Shown here: positions 8,058-18,604 of the stretch, one piece after another
How the letters are laid out: every line of letters starts with the position of its first letter
Numbering within the stretch: position 1 is the first letter of the stretch
Origin: a virus
Virus record (IMG/VR): IMGVR_UViG_3300017731_002846
Coordinates: 41,905-105,904 of that record
Strand: one strand, 5' to 3'
Length of the DNA: 64,000 nucleotides
Notes under the pieces: generated by a model
What the model saw: the letters and a program-made list of their open reading frames with translations, nothing else
What the model was told of the DNA's origin: nothing
Database searches by the model: none
Position numbers and translations under genes: made by a program

Positions 8058-11000
8058 TTAATGAATGACTACAGAAACTTTCTGATCAGCTGCTTGATTC
8101 GGGAACGTTCCGGCATCTCTACCCACTAGTATATCAACCTTTGTGGATGTGGCATTTCTATAACATGGATCGAACGGGGCAGTGGCCAATTCAATACCAA
8201 TAGTTACCACAGGGTTTGGGGTTGAGTTCGTATAGTTGACAGTATAATCGCCTGTGCCATTATCCGTTATACTTGCTACATTATAACTATTTGTTATGCT
8301 TGCAGTTAAATCTGCGCTGGCTCCATCAAATGCCACATAGGCACGTGGCCCGCCGCCAGTGCTATCGAAGTACCCATCTAGCCGGACCGCAGCCACGTTA
8401 TTAAAGCTCAAGTATATCCCTCTATCGCCAGCATTATTTGTAAATACCGGAGCAATTAATTGTTTAGAATTTGGATGACGAGGGCGGTTATATGTAGTTG
8501 AAGCTTGGTCCTCGACTAATTGAAGGGAGCCTAGATATGAACCGTCTAACTCTTGTTTTTGTGATGCATAAAGAGATGCAGTGGTCCAGGAATCGTTGGT
8601 TCTAGCCCAAAAGACCACCGACGATGCAGTGTCAGGTATACCCATGGCGGTCGTGGTGGTAAACCCGGAGCTAAGTGTTACCTGACTATCTAGGAAAATT
8701 GGCCCGCCGCCGGAACCTCCTCCGCCATTTGTTTGCACCCAACCAGTTCCATCTATATAAACATAAAGCTTGCCGACCGATTCATTGAACCACAAATCTC
8801 CATCTGATGGGTTAGTTGGAGCCACCGTACCTGTTGAGACATTTGTGCCGCCGCTACCGCCGCTGACAGCTTTCATATGACCGATAATTCTTAACCAATT
8901 TTTATTGAGTGTTGAAATAAATATACCTCTCGTTCCAGCGCCTGTTTCTTGCACCGGAACCAGATATTCTGAAGTCTCATATACATTGCCACCCCCGTCG
9001 CCAGCACCTCTTCCAGAATAATGAACCAATTGATCAGTCCAACCAGTTGCCGTATCTGAACCTGTATGTGTTTTGTGTGTTTTAAAATGTGCATATTCCT
9101 GCCAGCCCAAAGAAAGATGCTGAAAAGATATATGCAAATATTCAATGTCTGAATCCGTTACTTCGTAAAATCCATCTGCTAAATCTTCATGAGGCCAGAC
9201 TTGCGTTAATTCAGTGCCGCCGCCAGTGCCGCCGCCAGTGCCGCCGCCATTGGTTTGAACCCATCCAGTGCCACTTATATAAACATAGAGCTCACCTGTT
9301 GTTTCATTGAACCATAAATCGCCCTCCGATGCCCCAGTTGGAGCAGGCTCTGTTGAGACTATTACACTTGAGCCGCCACCTGGAACAGGCGCCCAGTTTC
9401 CGTCGGCACGTAAATATTCGCCGCCAGAAACTTCAAGAGCAGTTGGGCCAGGAACCAATCCTTTTGTGTCTTGAGAAAAAACCTCAGTCTTTACTTTAAT
9501 GGCCAGCTCATTAATTTTATTGCGAATATCCTCTAATGTGATTTCAAGACCCGGGCCTGGAATAGTACCAACTCCGCCAGGAGAAGCAGGAGAGCCATCA
9601 TCAACATCCTCGCCAAAAACAATTATAGAGCCAGTCATCGCATTTGGATGATTGTCGCATTGATATGTATAGTTGCCAGCACCAACACCAGCCAGTTTGA
9701 TGATATGCCGACCCTCTCCTCGTCCGTGGTTTAGGTAATGGTCTGCTCCCCATACACCTTTTGTGTCGGTTCCTCCGCCGCTAAGATAAGCTGCATAAGC
9801 AGCAGTTAAATCTGCATGATTATCGACATATGAATCATAATTATCCGAACGTAATACTGCAGTAAATAAATCGTTGTCATTATAAATATAAATCGGATGA
9901 TTAATGATCGAGTCCGTATGATTGATGTATTCTGCAGTGCCATCAACAAAATCAGCAACATCATTCATTGTAGGATATGTCCCTGGATCGTTTAAGAAAA
10001 AGTCTTCTTGGCCAGTAGTTGCGCCACGTAGAAGCAAAACTCCATAAAGTTCCTGAATTTTAGAAGCATCAGGAGTGGATGCTAAAAATGTACTAGTAAA
10101 AGCTGCCTTGCTTCGATAATCAGCTATATAAAAATCATCGCCTGTGCGAAGATAAAGAGTCGAGTCGCTTGCAGCTGAAGGGCTATCTACTTCAGTCAGC
10201 AACTTCGACCAATCGTTTGGATCAAGCGTCACATCTTTATACCATAAATAGGCACCAAAAGAAGGGTCGTTGGTAATCAAATAAGCACCTTCAGTATCAT
10301 GAGAAGAAATAGAAAGACCTTCATCCCTCCATGCAGGAGCCCCAGCACCATCAGTCTTCCATACCTTGTTAAGATTACCAGCACCAGCCGCTACCACCCC
10401 ATGTTTGTCGACTGAATTTGGAAAACTAGAGAGAGGGTAAAAATTGTTGTCGGCCGCTAACAGTTCAAGGTCGGTAATTTCTTGCGAATCAGGAGCACGA
10501 ACGAGGCCAGATACTCCTACTGAGAATAAATTAGCACCGCCGGGTAAAACTGCCCAGTTGCCGTCTGCAGCAAGATATCGATCATCCGCTGTGGTGGAGG
10601 CTGGTACAAGACCAGAAGCTGTAGTGCTAAATAGATCGTATGTCGCATTTTCATCATCTCTCCATGCAGGAGCCCCAGCACCATCAGTCTTCCATACCTT
10701 GTTAAGATTACCAGCACCAGCCGCTACCACCCCATGTTTATCGACTGAATTTGGAAAACTGGAGAGAGGGTAAAAATTGTTGTCGGCCGCTAACAGTTCA
10801 AGGCCGGTACTTTCTTGCGAATCAGGAGCACGAACGAGGCCAGATACTCCTACTGAGAATAAATTATTTACTGTATCTTCATCTTCTCTCCAGCCGGGTA
10901 CTCCAGCATTATCAGTCTTCCATACTTTATTAACTTGTCCAGCGCTAGAGGGTACAATGCCTGAGACAGTATCAGTGTTAACTGGCAATAAATCAAACAA

Positions 11001-11123
11001 ATTAGAAATACTAAACCTATATGTGTCCCCACCATCAAAATCGCAAACAGCTAACACATCGTTTGTTGTTATTGTGCTTATAGGATCTGGAAGATCTATC
11101 TCTCTAATTGTTTTAAATGACAT
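8058..11123 (-). CDS. Long tail fibre / receptor-binding protein, 1021 aa
   Basis: Gly/Thr-rich; repeats SGLVP..., YLxADGNW and GDLWFNE..G.LYVY..GTGWVQ; C-terminal AYVAFDG...SYNVASITDNGTGDYTVN module typical of phage fibres. Confidence 0.85.
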   Translation of the reverse strand: MSFKTIREIDLPDPISTITTNDVLAVCDFDGGDTYRFSISNLFDLLPVNTDTVSGIVPSSAGQVNKVWKTDNAGVPGWREDEDTVNNLFSVGVSGLVRAPDSQESTGLELLAADNNFYPLSSFPNSVDKHGVVAAGAGNLNKVWKTDGAGAPAWRDDENATYDLFSTTASGLVPASTTADDRYLAADGNWAVLPGGANLFSVGVSGLVRAPDSQEITDLELLAADNNFYPLSSFPNSVDKHGVVAAGAGNLNKVWKTDGAGAPAWRDEGLSISSHDTEGAYLITNDPSFGAYLWYKDVTLDPNDWSKLLTEVDSPSAASDSTLYLRTGDDFYIADYRSKAAFTSTFLASTPDASKIQELYGVLLLRGATTGQEDFFLNDPGTYPTMNDVADFVDGTAEYINHTDSIINHPIYIYNDNDLFTAVLRSDNYDSYVDNHADLTAAYAAYLSGGGTDTKGVWGADHYLNHGRGEGRHIIKLAGVGAGNYTYQCDNHPNAMTGSIIVFGEDVDDGSPASPGGVGTIPGPGLEITLEDIRNKINELAIKVKTEVFSQDTKGLVPGPTALEVSGGEYLRADGNWAPVPGGGSSVIVSTEPAPTGASEGDLWFNETTGELYVYISGTGWVQTNGGGTGGGTGGGTELTQVWPHEDLADGFYEVTDSDIEYLHISFQHLSLGWQEYAHFKTHKTHTGSDTATGWTDQLVHYSGRGAGDGGGNVYETSEYLVPVQETGAGTRGIFISTLNKNWLRIIGHMKAVSGGSGGTNVSTGTVAPTNPSDGDLWFNESVGKLYVYIDGTGWVQTNGGGGSGGGPIFLDSQVTLSSGFTTTTAMGIPDTASSVVFWARTNDSWTTASLYASQKQELDGSYLGSLQLVEDQASTTYNRPRHPNSKQLIAPVFTNNAGDRGIYLSFNNVAAVRLDGYFDSTGGGPRAYVAFDGASADLTASITNSYNVASITDNGTGDYTVNYTNSTPNPVVTIGIELATAPFDPCYRNATSTKVDILVGRDAGTFPNQAADQKVSVVIH
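9212..9249. repeat. 12-bp tandem repeat x3 (GGGT linker)
   Basis: cagtgccgccgc three times. Confidence 0.9.
10327..10866. repeat. ~207-bp direct repeat inside the fibre gene (10327-10533 and 10660-10866)
   Basis: Period 333 nt (111 codons), about 4 mismatches by eye. Confidence 0.92.
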
Positions 11124-11165
11124 TATGTTTATTGTTCTTCGGTATATTTATATACACATGAATAG

Positions 11166-11942
11166 TTACAGTTCATAGATTAAAATAGTTACTATACCTG
11201 TGTCGACATTGGTTCCATCTGTTAGTTTAATATTTAAGTCCAACTTATTGGCTGATTTTGTTATATGTAGATTTGCGAAATCACTAGTATTACAAATAGA
11301 TGCAATAACCTGATAGTCATTAATTGAAGCGAAAGCGCTGAAATTAAATCCTACTCTATAAAAACCGCTACTGATCTTATTTACAGCGAAACCCGAGCTA
11401 CCCCTTACAGTAGGTGATGCAGATAAGGTAAAATCTATTCCATACTTTGGGGATAAAGAATTACTAATTTGTCCATCTATATTTACATCTCCATGGATAT
11501 CGACCACTCCGTTATCCATCTCAACAAAAGTGTCGTTTTGCAGTTCACCAACAATCAGTTCATCTGTTAAGTGGCCAGATATTCCATCAATATCTTGATA
11601 GTATCCACTAACACCGCTAACCAGTTGTTGATTATAATCATAAATAAAATTTTCAGAACCAACAAGAGATGAACCGCTGACGAACTGAATATATTGATCC
11701 CCAACAAGATTAGATGCCGCCCCTCCACGAGGCTCACCAAGTTCAGCTATTTTAGACCAATCAGTGTTGTTATTCTCTCCGGTTTTTTCGTATAAAAAAT
11801 TAGTAGAAAGATCTAAAAACTTAGAACCCCGCATGCCGGCCGCTTTTAAACTCTTACCTTGACCAGTAGGCGGAGCAAAGTCAGAAATAAAAGGTTGACG
11901 TATACCTAAATTTGAGTTTACAAAATCTTCAAAAGCTCCCAT
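11166..11942 (-). CDS. Virion/tail protein
   Basis: Lies in the fibre cluster; beta-rich with VSG/ISG repeats and a C-terminal ...SGFYRVGF...DYQVIAS module. Confidence 0.6.
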   Translation of the reverse strand: MGAFEDFVNSNLGIRQPFISDFAPPTGQGKSLKAAGMRGSKFLDLSTNFLYEKTGENNNTDWSKIAELGEPRGGAASNLVGDQYIQFVSGSSLVGSENFIYDYNQQLVSGVSGYYQDIDGISGHLTDELIVGELQNDTFVEMDNGVVDIHGDVNIDGQISNSLSPKYGIDFTLSASPTVRGSSGFAVNKISSGFYRVGFNFSAFASINDYQVIASICNTSDFANLHITKSANKLDLNIKLTDGTNVDTGIVTILIYEL

Positions 11943-11944
11943 AA

Positions 11945-14641
11945 TTAATCCTCTTTTATGATATATTTAGCTGGATTGTTTACATCAGCATTGGCTGCTC
12001 TAGATAATGCATCTAAATTAAATACATGGTCTCCATCATTGTCAACTACTCCACTACTGTTACAAATACAAAATTTATTGTCATGGTTGAATGAAAAATC
12101 TAATTGAACCCCTTCCGACAACTGCAAGAAACTGTATATAGTACCGCCATTAGGACCAGAGCCGCCTTCACTGACGTTCTCAAAGAAAACATTACTAGGG
12201 TTTGTAACTGTCGTGCCGATAGATGCTAATCCAGCGGCGAGACTATTAGGTGAGGCCAGGATTTCTCTTTGATTAAACCCAGATATTAAATAATTGGGAT
12301 TAGTGAAAACAGTATTTGTTTCAATATTCGCTAAATTAAATGCAGAAACTTCCCAAAGAAACTGTCCTTTTTGGTCAATATCTTTCACGGTAATTCTAAA
12401 AGAATTTGAGCTCAATCCAGTGCCGCTATTTGTTTGAACCAATTGAGAAGCTGGGTTTTGAGATGAGTCGGTAGACAGTAAAGGTAATGCATTATACGAT
12501 TGATCGCTCACTAAGTTGAACAAATCAGAAAGACCCGCACTTGAACTAGACAGGCTCGAGGCAAGGTTGGTTATCGACAATTTTAACGGCTCGTTCGCTA
12601 TTTTAATAACCGTCGATGTGCTAACTTTTAATCCATTACTATCTTTTATAGCAACTATTTTAAAATTATCACTATTAATATTGTAAGTGCCACTATTATA
12701 ATTGCATGTTTTAACTGCTTCAAATGTTGATGGGCTATTAATAGAAATTTCTTTTGTGCCTAATGTCGGGTCGATGTACGAAATGGAATCGTAATTGGAT
12801 GCGGTGTGATTAACTGTGGCAGATTCGTTAAGTTTAATAGCTTGCTGGCCGGACGGGTAAGACACTGAAGATATGTTAACTGACGGTCCGATGTTATTAT
12901 TTAAAACAGTGTTCGATAAAGCTTCGTTGCCATCAATAGAGTATTGATTTTGAGCCTGTAATTTTACAGAAAGATTACCGTTCCTTGAACTGGTGACAAC
13001 TACCGGTACAGTGTAGCTATAAATGTCCCCATTAACCAAAGTGGAGTTGTAGCTAGCAAAAGAGGTTTGGGAACCATCTGCGAGTCCCTCGTTAAAGACT
13101 TTGATTTTAATTGAATTGTTGGTTTCACCTTGGGTATCAATTAAAGCAGTAACATTAACGGTGTCACCTCCTTTTAATTCAGACAAACCAATGTTATGCC
13201 CGGAAGCAGAAGAAATAGCAGGAGTTGCGACAGACACACTATTAATAATAGGGGCGTTGGCCACTTTAATTGTCAAATCTTTTGAATCTGTAGCTCCATT
13301 TGCGCCACGAACTACTTTTATGTTTAAATTATCTTGATCCGCATGCACCCCATTGACATAAGAAACAGTTTTAGAGCTTTCGAAAACAGAAGGCAAGTTG
13401 ATAGATATAGTCGAATTATTAACTACAGAAGCGGTATAAGAAATAACGTCAATAGAGTCATCAAAATTAGATACAGTATTATTAAAATTGGTTGACTCCG
13501 TTTCCCTCAAGCCATCAGTCCTGCCATTATAGGAAGACGGAGAAGATGCAGAGATAATGGGGTAATCTTGATCTAGTAACCTAGAGTCATTGCTTCCTGC
13601 GAAATCTATATCAGATGTTTGATATATCCCAGTAGAACCCATATTGTTTGTAGCCCTTAATTTTATTCCTTGTTCGCCAACTCTATCAGAAACTGTAATT
13701 GGGATAGTTGCTCTTTTAATGGAGCCTCCTACATCAATAAAACTATAACTTGAAAAGGGTATAGCATTTGAAATCCCATAATCATCAACTGCGATTTGAC
13801 TAGGGCTAGTCAATTCAGTATCAAATAAACTAGAGTCATAATCAATAAAAATATTTATAGAATCCCCAGCTTTTAATGCTGAAGATCCTAATTCTTCACC
13901 GTTTTTTGGTGTTGCATTATTAATAGTATCTATAGATATATTAGAAGCTGATGGCCCTGAACCTATTGTGATTAAATCAACAAGCCCAGTAAAGCCATTA
14001 ACAACTCCAGTAAGTTGAGTTGAGTCCTGAGCATTAAAATTATCTATATAACCTTCGAACCTTCTTGTTCCGGGCCCTAATTCCTGTATATTTGATTTAG
14101 GTATTTCAATATTGTTAATATATCCAGTACCCATATAATCGTTATTCGGGCCATCCCAGCGAAGAGAAACCCTTAAATTGCTTGAAGATTCAACGAAAGA
14201 ACCAGAAAGATGAGTACTTGGGGTCGGGGTATCGTAATATGTGGATATTTCTGCCCCATTATTATTAATAATAGAATTAAAAAAAACAAAAGAGCTGTCC
14301 GTATTACCACCAATAATGTTGATATTATTTATACTTTGTTCGAAGTAACCGCTCACATCGTTTAATTGATCAGCGAGGTCTGCGCCATCAATGTCGTCGA
14401 TTTCTCCTTGAAGGTGACCGCTGATATCATTTAATTGATCAGCGAGGCCTGCGCCATCAATGCCGTCAATTTGATCCTGGAAATAACCGCTGAAGCCATC
14501 AAGGTTAAGGTCAGCCGTAATGGCATTTGATAAATCAGGAAAAGTTACTCTATAATTCTCGTCTAATGTGGCTACTAAAAAATTGTACCCTTCTTTAGGG
14601 GAAACCTTTTCCAAGTCAGTAATTTTCTTGCTCTGGGCCAT
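11945..14641 (-). CDS. Large Ser/Asn-rich virion protein with Ig-like repeats, 898 aa
   Basis: Fibre-type N-terminus (KKITDL), 23-aa repeats, then duplicated beta-sandwich-like units (LK.GD..N...; I.IN.PS.FE..KT..Y..G). Confidence 0.65.
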   Translation of the reverse strand: MAQSKKITDLEKVSPKEGYNFLVATLDENYRVTFPDLSNAITADLNLDGFSGYFQDQIDGIDGAGLADQLNDISGHLQGEIDDIDGADLADQLNDVSGYFEQSINNINIIGGNTDSSFVFFNSIINNNGAEISTYYDTPTPSTHLSGSFVESSSNLRVSLRWDGPNNDYMGTGYINNIEIPKSNIQELGPGTRRFEGYIDNFNAQDSTQLTGVVNGFTGLVDLITIGSGPSASNISIDTINNATPKNGEELGSSALKAGDSINIFIDYDSSLFDTELTSPSQIAVDDYGISNAIPFSSYSFIDVGGSIKRATIPITVSDRVGEQGIKLRATNNMGSTGIYQTSDIDFAGSNDSRLLDQDYPIISASSPSSYNGRTDGLRETESTNFNNTVSNFDDSIDVISYTASVVNNSTISINLPSVFESSKTVSYVNGVHADQDNLNIKVVRGANGATDSKDLTIKVANAPIINSVSVATPAISSASGHNIGLSELKGGDTVNVTALIDTQGETNNSIKIKVFNEGLADGSQTSFASYNSTLVNGDIYSYTVPVVVTSSRNGNLSVKLQAQNQYSIDGNEALSNTVLNNNIGPSVNISSVSYPSGQQAIKLNESATVNHTASNYDSISYIDPTLGTKEISINSPSTFEAVKTCNYNSGTYNINSDNFKIVAIKDSNGLKVSTSTVIKIANEPLKLSITNLASSLSSSSAGLSDLFNLVSDQSYNALPLLSTDSSQNPASQLVQTNSGTGLSSNSFRITVKDIDQKGQFLWEVSAFNLANIETNTVFTNPNYLISGFNQREILASPNSLAAGLASIGTTVTNPSNVFFENVSEGGSGPNGGTIYSFLQLSEGVQLDFSFNHDNKFCICNSSGVVDNDGDHVFNLDALSRAANADVNNPAKYIIKED
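14348..14491. repeat. 69-bp imperfect tandem repeat (23-aa ...IDGAxLADQLNDxSG unit)
   Basis: accgct at 14348, 14417 and 14486; near-identical tttaattgatcagcgagg blocks at 14361 and 14430. Confidence 0.85.
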
Positions 14642-14650
14642 AAGGCGAAA

Positions 14651-16135
14651 TTACTGTTCAGACTCTAATCGGTCCATGCGAGATTTTAGCGACTTGTTTT
14701 CTTGAGATAATTCTTTTATCGATTCAATCAATACGGGTATCATTTTATGGTAATAAACCGCAAGGTTTCCGGCCGCATTTTCTGCAACTATTTCAGGCAA
14801 GACAGCTTGAACTTCTTGGGCTATAACACCAACATCTTTTTTGCCAACAAGAGAAGCATGTGCGGACTTATTCCAGGTAAAATAAATACCATTAATTTGA
14901 TTTAATTTTTCAGTGGCAGAATCAATTTTTATTTTGTCATCTTTTAAATTAATATCAGAGACCCAGAGAGCCGCCTCCGTAGCGGAAGACCAATCTGCTA
15001 TTTTTAAATAGCCATTATCCATAATTAGGCCGCCATAGTTTGTCGTATCGATATCTAGAGCTATCTTAACTCCGCCAGATACAACGTCACTGGCAGCATT
15101 TATACCTTCAAGGAAAAAACCTTCACCGTAAACATGAAAATTTGTATTAATTGTCCATGCATCACAAGGTTTTAGCCATGAAATATTTTTGTTGAAACCA
15201 TCTTGGCCTTGGCCGTTTTCCAAAAACTTTCTGTAACAAGTATCAGCCAAGGGAGTATTGCGATCAGAGGCAACCGCGCTCACCAAGTGTCCGGCATGGC
15301 AATTCAATAAGTCTGCAAAATCCCCTTGAGTTTTTTCTGATATTTCAGAATCGACTCCAAACATAATTGATATGTCTGTACGCTCCCACTTAGAATCTCC
15401 ATGTAAATTATTGGGGTCGGTAAGTATTACACCGTCTTCCAGAGAAAGCCCTGGCAAGGTAAGCATTGTTATCGATATATTATTGCCAAATGTACCGGCA
15501 ACTTGAGAAGTGATAGTTACCCCCTCAATGACAACCGATGCAAAAGAATCATTATCATGAGTTTTTAAAGTAATACCGCCAAAGTTTGCTGTATCTTCTG
15601 TGGTTAATTCTTTATGGTCACCTATTTCAATATTGCTATCTTCAACAACCAGCCTCTCGGTGTCTACGGTTGTGGTATTGCCAAGAACAGTAAGGTCTCC
15701 GCTGATAGTCGTATCATGTTTAACAAAAGCATTTCCATGAACATAAAGATCAATGAAATCAGCATTTCCAGATGCACTAACGTCTCCAGTGATTGACACA
15801 TTTTGATCAAAAAAAGCATTACCGTTAACGTGCAAGTCGCTTTCAGTATATAAATCACCAAGAACATATACATCGTCTTGAAGCTCAACAGGTCGATCAT
15901 CTCCGGGCTCAATGGATCCGATTCTTATTTTTAACCCATTTGCATCTATAACACTAGCACCCCCTCCAAAATCCTTAAGAATATCAGAAGATAGACCTGT
16001 AAAAGGAACTCTATAATTTGCAGCGTCTCTTGTTTCTGATGCTAGGCCACTAGCTACAACATAATAAACATCTGAATTTTGAGAAACTTCATGGTGCGGA
16101 AAGATTGGGAGTTCCGATATTTTACGATCTGCCAT
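14651..16135 (-). CDS. Tail fibre with C-terminal intramolecular chaperone (peptidase S74) domain
   Basis: SDINLKD...INGIYFTWN...DVGVIAQEVQAVLPE...IPVLIESIKEL; likely start MADRKISELP at 16135. Confidence 0.88.
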   Translation of the reverse strand: MADRKISELPIFPHHEVSQNSDVYYVVASGLASETRDAANYRVPFTGLSSDILKDFGGGASVIDANGLKIRIGSIEPGDDRPVELQDDVYVLGDLYTESDLHVNGNAFFDQNVSITGDVSASGNADFIDLYVHGNAFVKHDTTISGDLTVLGNTTTVDTERLVVEDSNIEIGDHKELTTEDTANFGGITLKTHDNDSFASVVIEGVTITSQVAGTFGNNISITMLTLPGLSLEDGVILTDPNNLHGDSKWERTDISIMFGVDSEISEKTQGDFADLLNCHAGHLVSAVASDRNTPLADTCYRKFLENGQGQDGFNKNISWLKPCDAWTINTNFHVYGEGFFLEGINAASDVVSGGVKIALDIDTTNYGGLIMDNGYLKIADWSSATEAALWVSDINLKDDKIKIDSATEKLNQINGIYFTWNKSAHASLVGKKDVGVIAQEVQAVLPEIVAENAAGNLAVYYHKMIPVLIESIKELSQENKSLKSRMDRLESEQ

Positions 16136-16173
16136 AATATGTTTATACACATATAACAGATGAAATAATTAAT

Positions 16174-18582
16174 TTATTCTAATAATTCGAACTCTATATC
16201 ACCTTTTAATACATAGAAATTAAAATTTAACCCTTTTTGAATCTCTGCATTAAAATAATGATCAACTATTACATCTTCAATATACTGCTTAATTAATCTT
16301 TTTAGGGGCCTCGCTCCCATTTTTTGCTCTGCAGCTAGACCACATACATGTTTAACTACATCTTGGGAGTAATTAATTTTAATCTTTTTCTTGCGGAGTT
16401 TCTTTTGCATGGATTGCAGCTCTTTTTTGAATATTTTATGAAGATCCTTATCTTTCAGGTGGCTAAAGACAACTATGTCGTCCAGCCTATTAATTAATTC
16501 AGGACTAAGAACTTTCTTGGCAGAAGATATAATCTTTGGGCCATTATCTACGGGCTCAGGAGAAAAACCAAGAGTACTTTTCGTGGTAAGGTCGGCTCCG
16601 ATATTGCTGGTCAAGATAATAATTGCGTCACTAAAATAAGACATTACCCCATTATTGTCCTTTAGCGACCCCTCATCCATTACTTGCAGTAATATTTGCT
16701 GAACAGATGGGTCAGCTTTTTCAATTTCATCAAAAAGCACAACAGAGTGAGGGTCTCGCTTTATCTTTTCGGTCAAAAGCCCTCCTTCTTCATAACCCAC
16801 ATACCCTGGAGATGAGCCAATTAATTTATTCGCAGAAATCTTATCAGAGTATTCAGACATGTCAAACCTGATAATCTTCTTTTCGGAACCAAAATAATGT
16901 TTGGCAAGCATTTTAGCCGTCCATGTCTTTCCGACGCCAGAAGCTCCCAGAAATAGAAATGAACCAATAGGCTTGTCAGCATCTTTAAGACCTATTTGCG
17001 ACCTTAATATTGATTTACTGATAGCAGATGTAGCATCCGTTTGATTAACGACGTCTCGAGTTAAAAGTTTTAAAAGGCGGGATGCCCTGTCGCTCTCTTC
17101 ATCAATTAAGTTATCAATAGGAATCTTAGATTTTCGAGAAATAATAGTCAATATATCATCTTTAGAAACATTCCTAATAGGAGCCTTTTTCCAATCATTA
17201 GATAATTTTTCGTAACGTTTTAAAAGCATTTCCTCTTCGTTGGCAGAGCAAGTATTTAAACTAAAACAATCATACAGCTTATTCTCCAGATCTTTTATCT
17301 CATCAGGAGCAGTAGAGTTTGCAATCTTAACCATCGCGCCGCATTCGTCAAGGACATCTATAGCTTTATCCGGAAACTTTTGAGCTGGCAAGTACAGGTC
17401 GCAAAGATTAACGATGTTTTTTAAGATTTTTTGATTGTATTTTGTTCCATGAAAATCCTCATAGTGACCTTTTATACCTTTCAGTATATCAAAACATTCC
17501 AATGGTGTCGGCTCGCTAACAGCTATAGACTCAAACCTACGAACCAAGGCCGAATCTTTTTCAAAATTTTTCTTATACTCAGAAAAGGTAGTGGCTGCGA
17601 TTAATTTAATTTTACCACGAGCCAATGCTGGCTTTAAGATGTTAGCAGCATCCATAGCTCCTTCAGCACTGCCAGCTCCAACCAAGGTGTGAGCTTCGTC
17701 TATAAATAAAATAACATTAGGCTTTTCTTTACACTCCTTTATTAAGGATTTAACTCTTTGCTCAAACTGACCACGGTATTTAGTTCCAGCTATCATTGAT
17801 GCTAAATCAATGGAATAAATTTCCTTATTAATTAAAAAATCAGGAACATCAGCTTTTGTTATTTTATAAGCAAGCCCTTCAACGATGGCAGTCTTACCAA
17901 CACCAGGATCTCCTAGTAATATAGGGTTGTTTTTATTTTTTCTGGCTAAAACCTCACAAATTCTTGAAATTTCAAAATGTTTACCAATGATCGGGTTGAT
18001 TTTTTTATCACGACATTCAGTATTTAAATTAGTAGCAAATGAATCCAGGATACTTTCAGTAGTTTTGGTGGACGCAGGGCCTTGGGATTTAGAACCAAAA
18101 GGAAAGTCTGGGGACTCATTTTTATCATAAAGGTCGCCAGACTTCATCCTAACCAAGTATTCTTCAGCAGCTTTACGGGCATCTACCCCTTCGGAAGTAA
18201 AGAAATGATATATAGGGCCATTTTTAGAATTTAGAAAACAAAAGAATATGTGATCGATACTAACATAATCGTTACCTATTTGGGATGCTAATTGATGCAC
18301 CGCAGCAAGGAACTGTACGAGATCATCAGAATAAGAGCAATCCTCAAACTCATCAGGGTCCTGTTTTTCGAGAGAGAAAAAAGAATTAATAAACAAAACT
18401 AACGAATCAAGATCGATACCTAAGTCGGCCAAGAAATTATCTATATTAAAATCATTAGACTTTAACAAAATAAGTAAAACATGGCAAGGCTCTACCTCCT
18501 GATAGTTTAGCGCTTTAGCTAAAGTTTTAGCCTGTCGGATTATTTTTTGAGCTTGAGGTGTGAAATTAGGAGAGATTTCCAT
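16174..18582 (-). CDS. clpC: ClpC/ClpA-family AAA+ unfoldase
   Basis: Clp N-domain, GDPGVGKT, LFIDEAH, FPDKAID, GASGVGKT, GSSPGYVGYEEGG, LFDEIEKA, LGF ClpP-loop-like motif, MGARPL. Confidence 0.93.
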   Translation of the reverse strand: MEISPNFTPQAQKIIRQAKTLAKALNYQEVEPCHVLLILLKSNDFNIDNFLADLGIDLDSLVLFINSFFSLEKQDPDEFEDCSYSDDLVQFLAAVHQLASQIGNDYVSIDHIFFCFLNSKNGPIYHFFTSEGVDARKAAEEYLVRMKSGDLYDKNESPDFPFGSKSQGPASTKTTESILDSFATNLNTECRDKKINPIIGKHFEISRICEVLARKNKNNPILLGDPGVGKTAIVEGLAYKITKADVPDFLINKEIYSIDLASMIAGTKYRGQFEQRVKSLIKECKEKPNVILFIDEAHTLVGAGSAEGAMDAANILKPALARGKIKLIAATTFSEYKKNFEKDSALVRRFESIAVSEPTPLECFDILKGIKGHYEDFHGTKYNQKILKNIVNLCDLYLPAQKFPDKAIDVLDECGAMVKIANSTAPDEIKDLENKLYDCFSLNTCSANEEEMLLKRYEKLSNDWKKAPIRNVSKDDILTIISRKSKIPIDNLIDEESDRASRLLKLLTRDVVNQTDATSAISKSILRSQIGLKDADKPIGSFLFLGASGVGKTWTAKMLAKHYFGSEKKIIRFDMSEYSDKISANKLIGSSPGYVGYEEGGLLTEKIKRDPHSVVLFDEIEKADPSVQQILLQVMDEGSLKDNNGVMSYFSDAIIILTSNIGADLTTKSTLGFSPEPVDNGPKIISSAKKVLSPELINRLDDIVVFSHLKDKDLHKIFKKELQSMQKKLRKKKIKINYSQDVVKHVCGLAAEQKMGARPLKRLIKQYIEDVIVDHYFNAEIQKGLNFNFYVLKGDIEFELLE

Positions 18583-18604
18583 ATGTATATTATATATATT
18601 ACAC

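Noticed and set aside
10327-10866. DGR template/variable repeat pair
   Set aside because: Mismatches are not confined to adenines of one copy, both copies are in-frame in the fibre shaft, and no reverse transcriptase is in the window.
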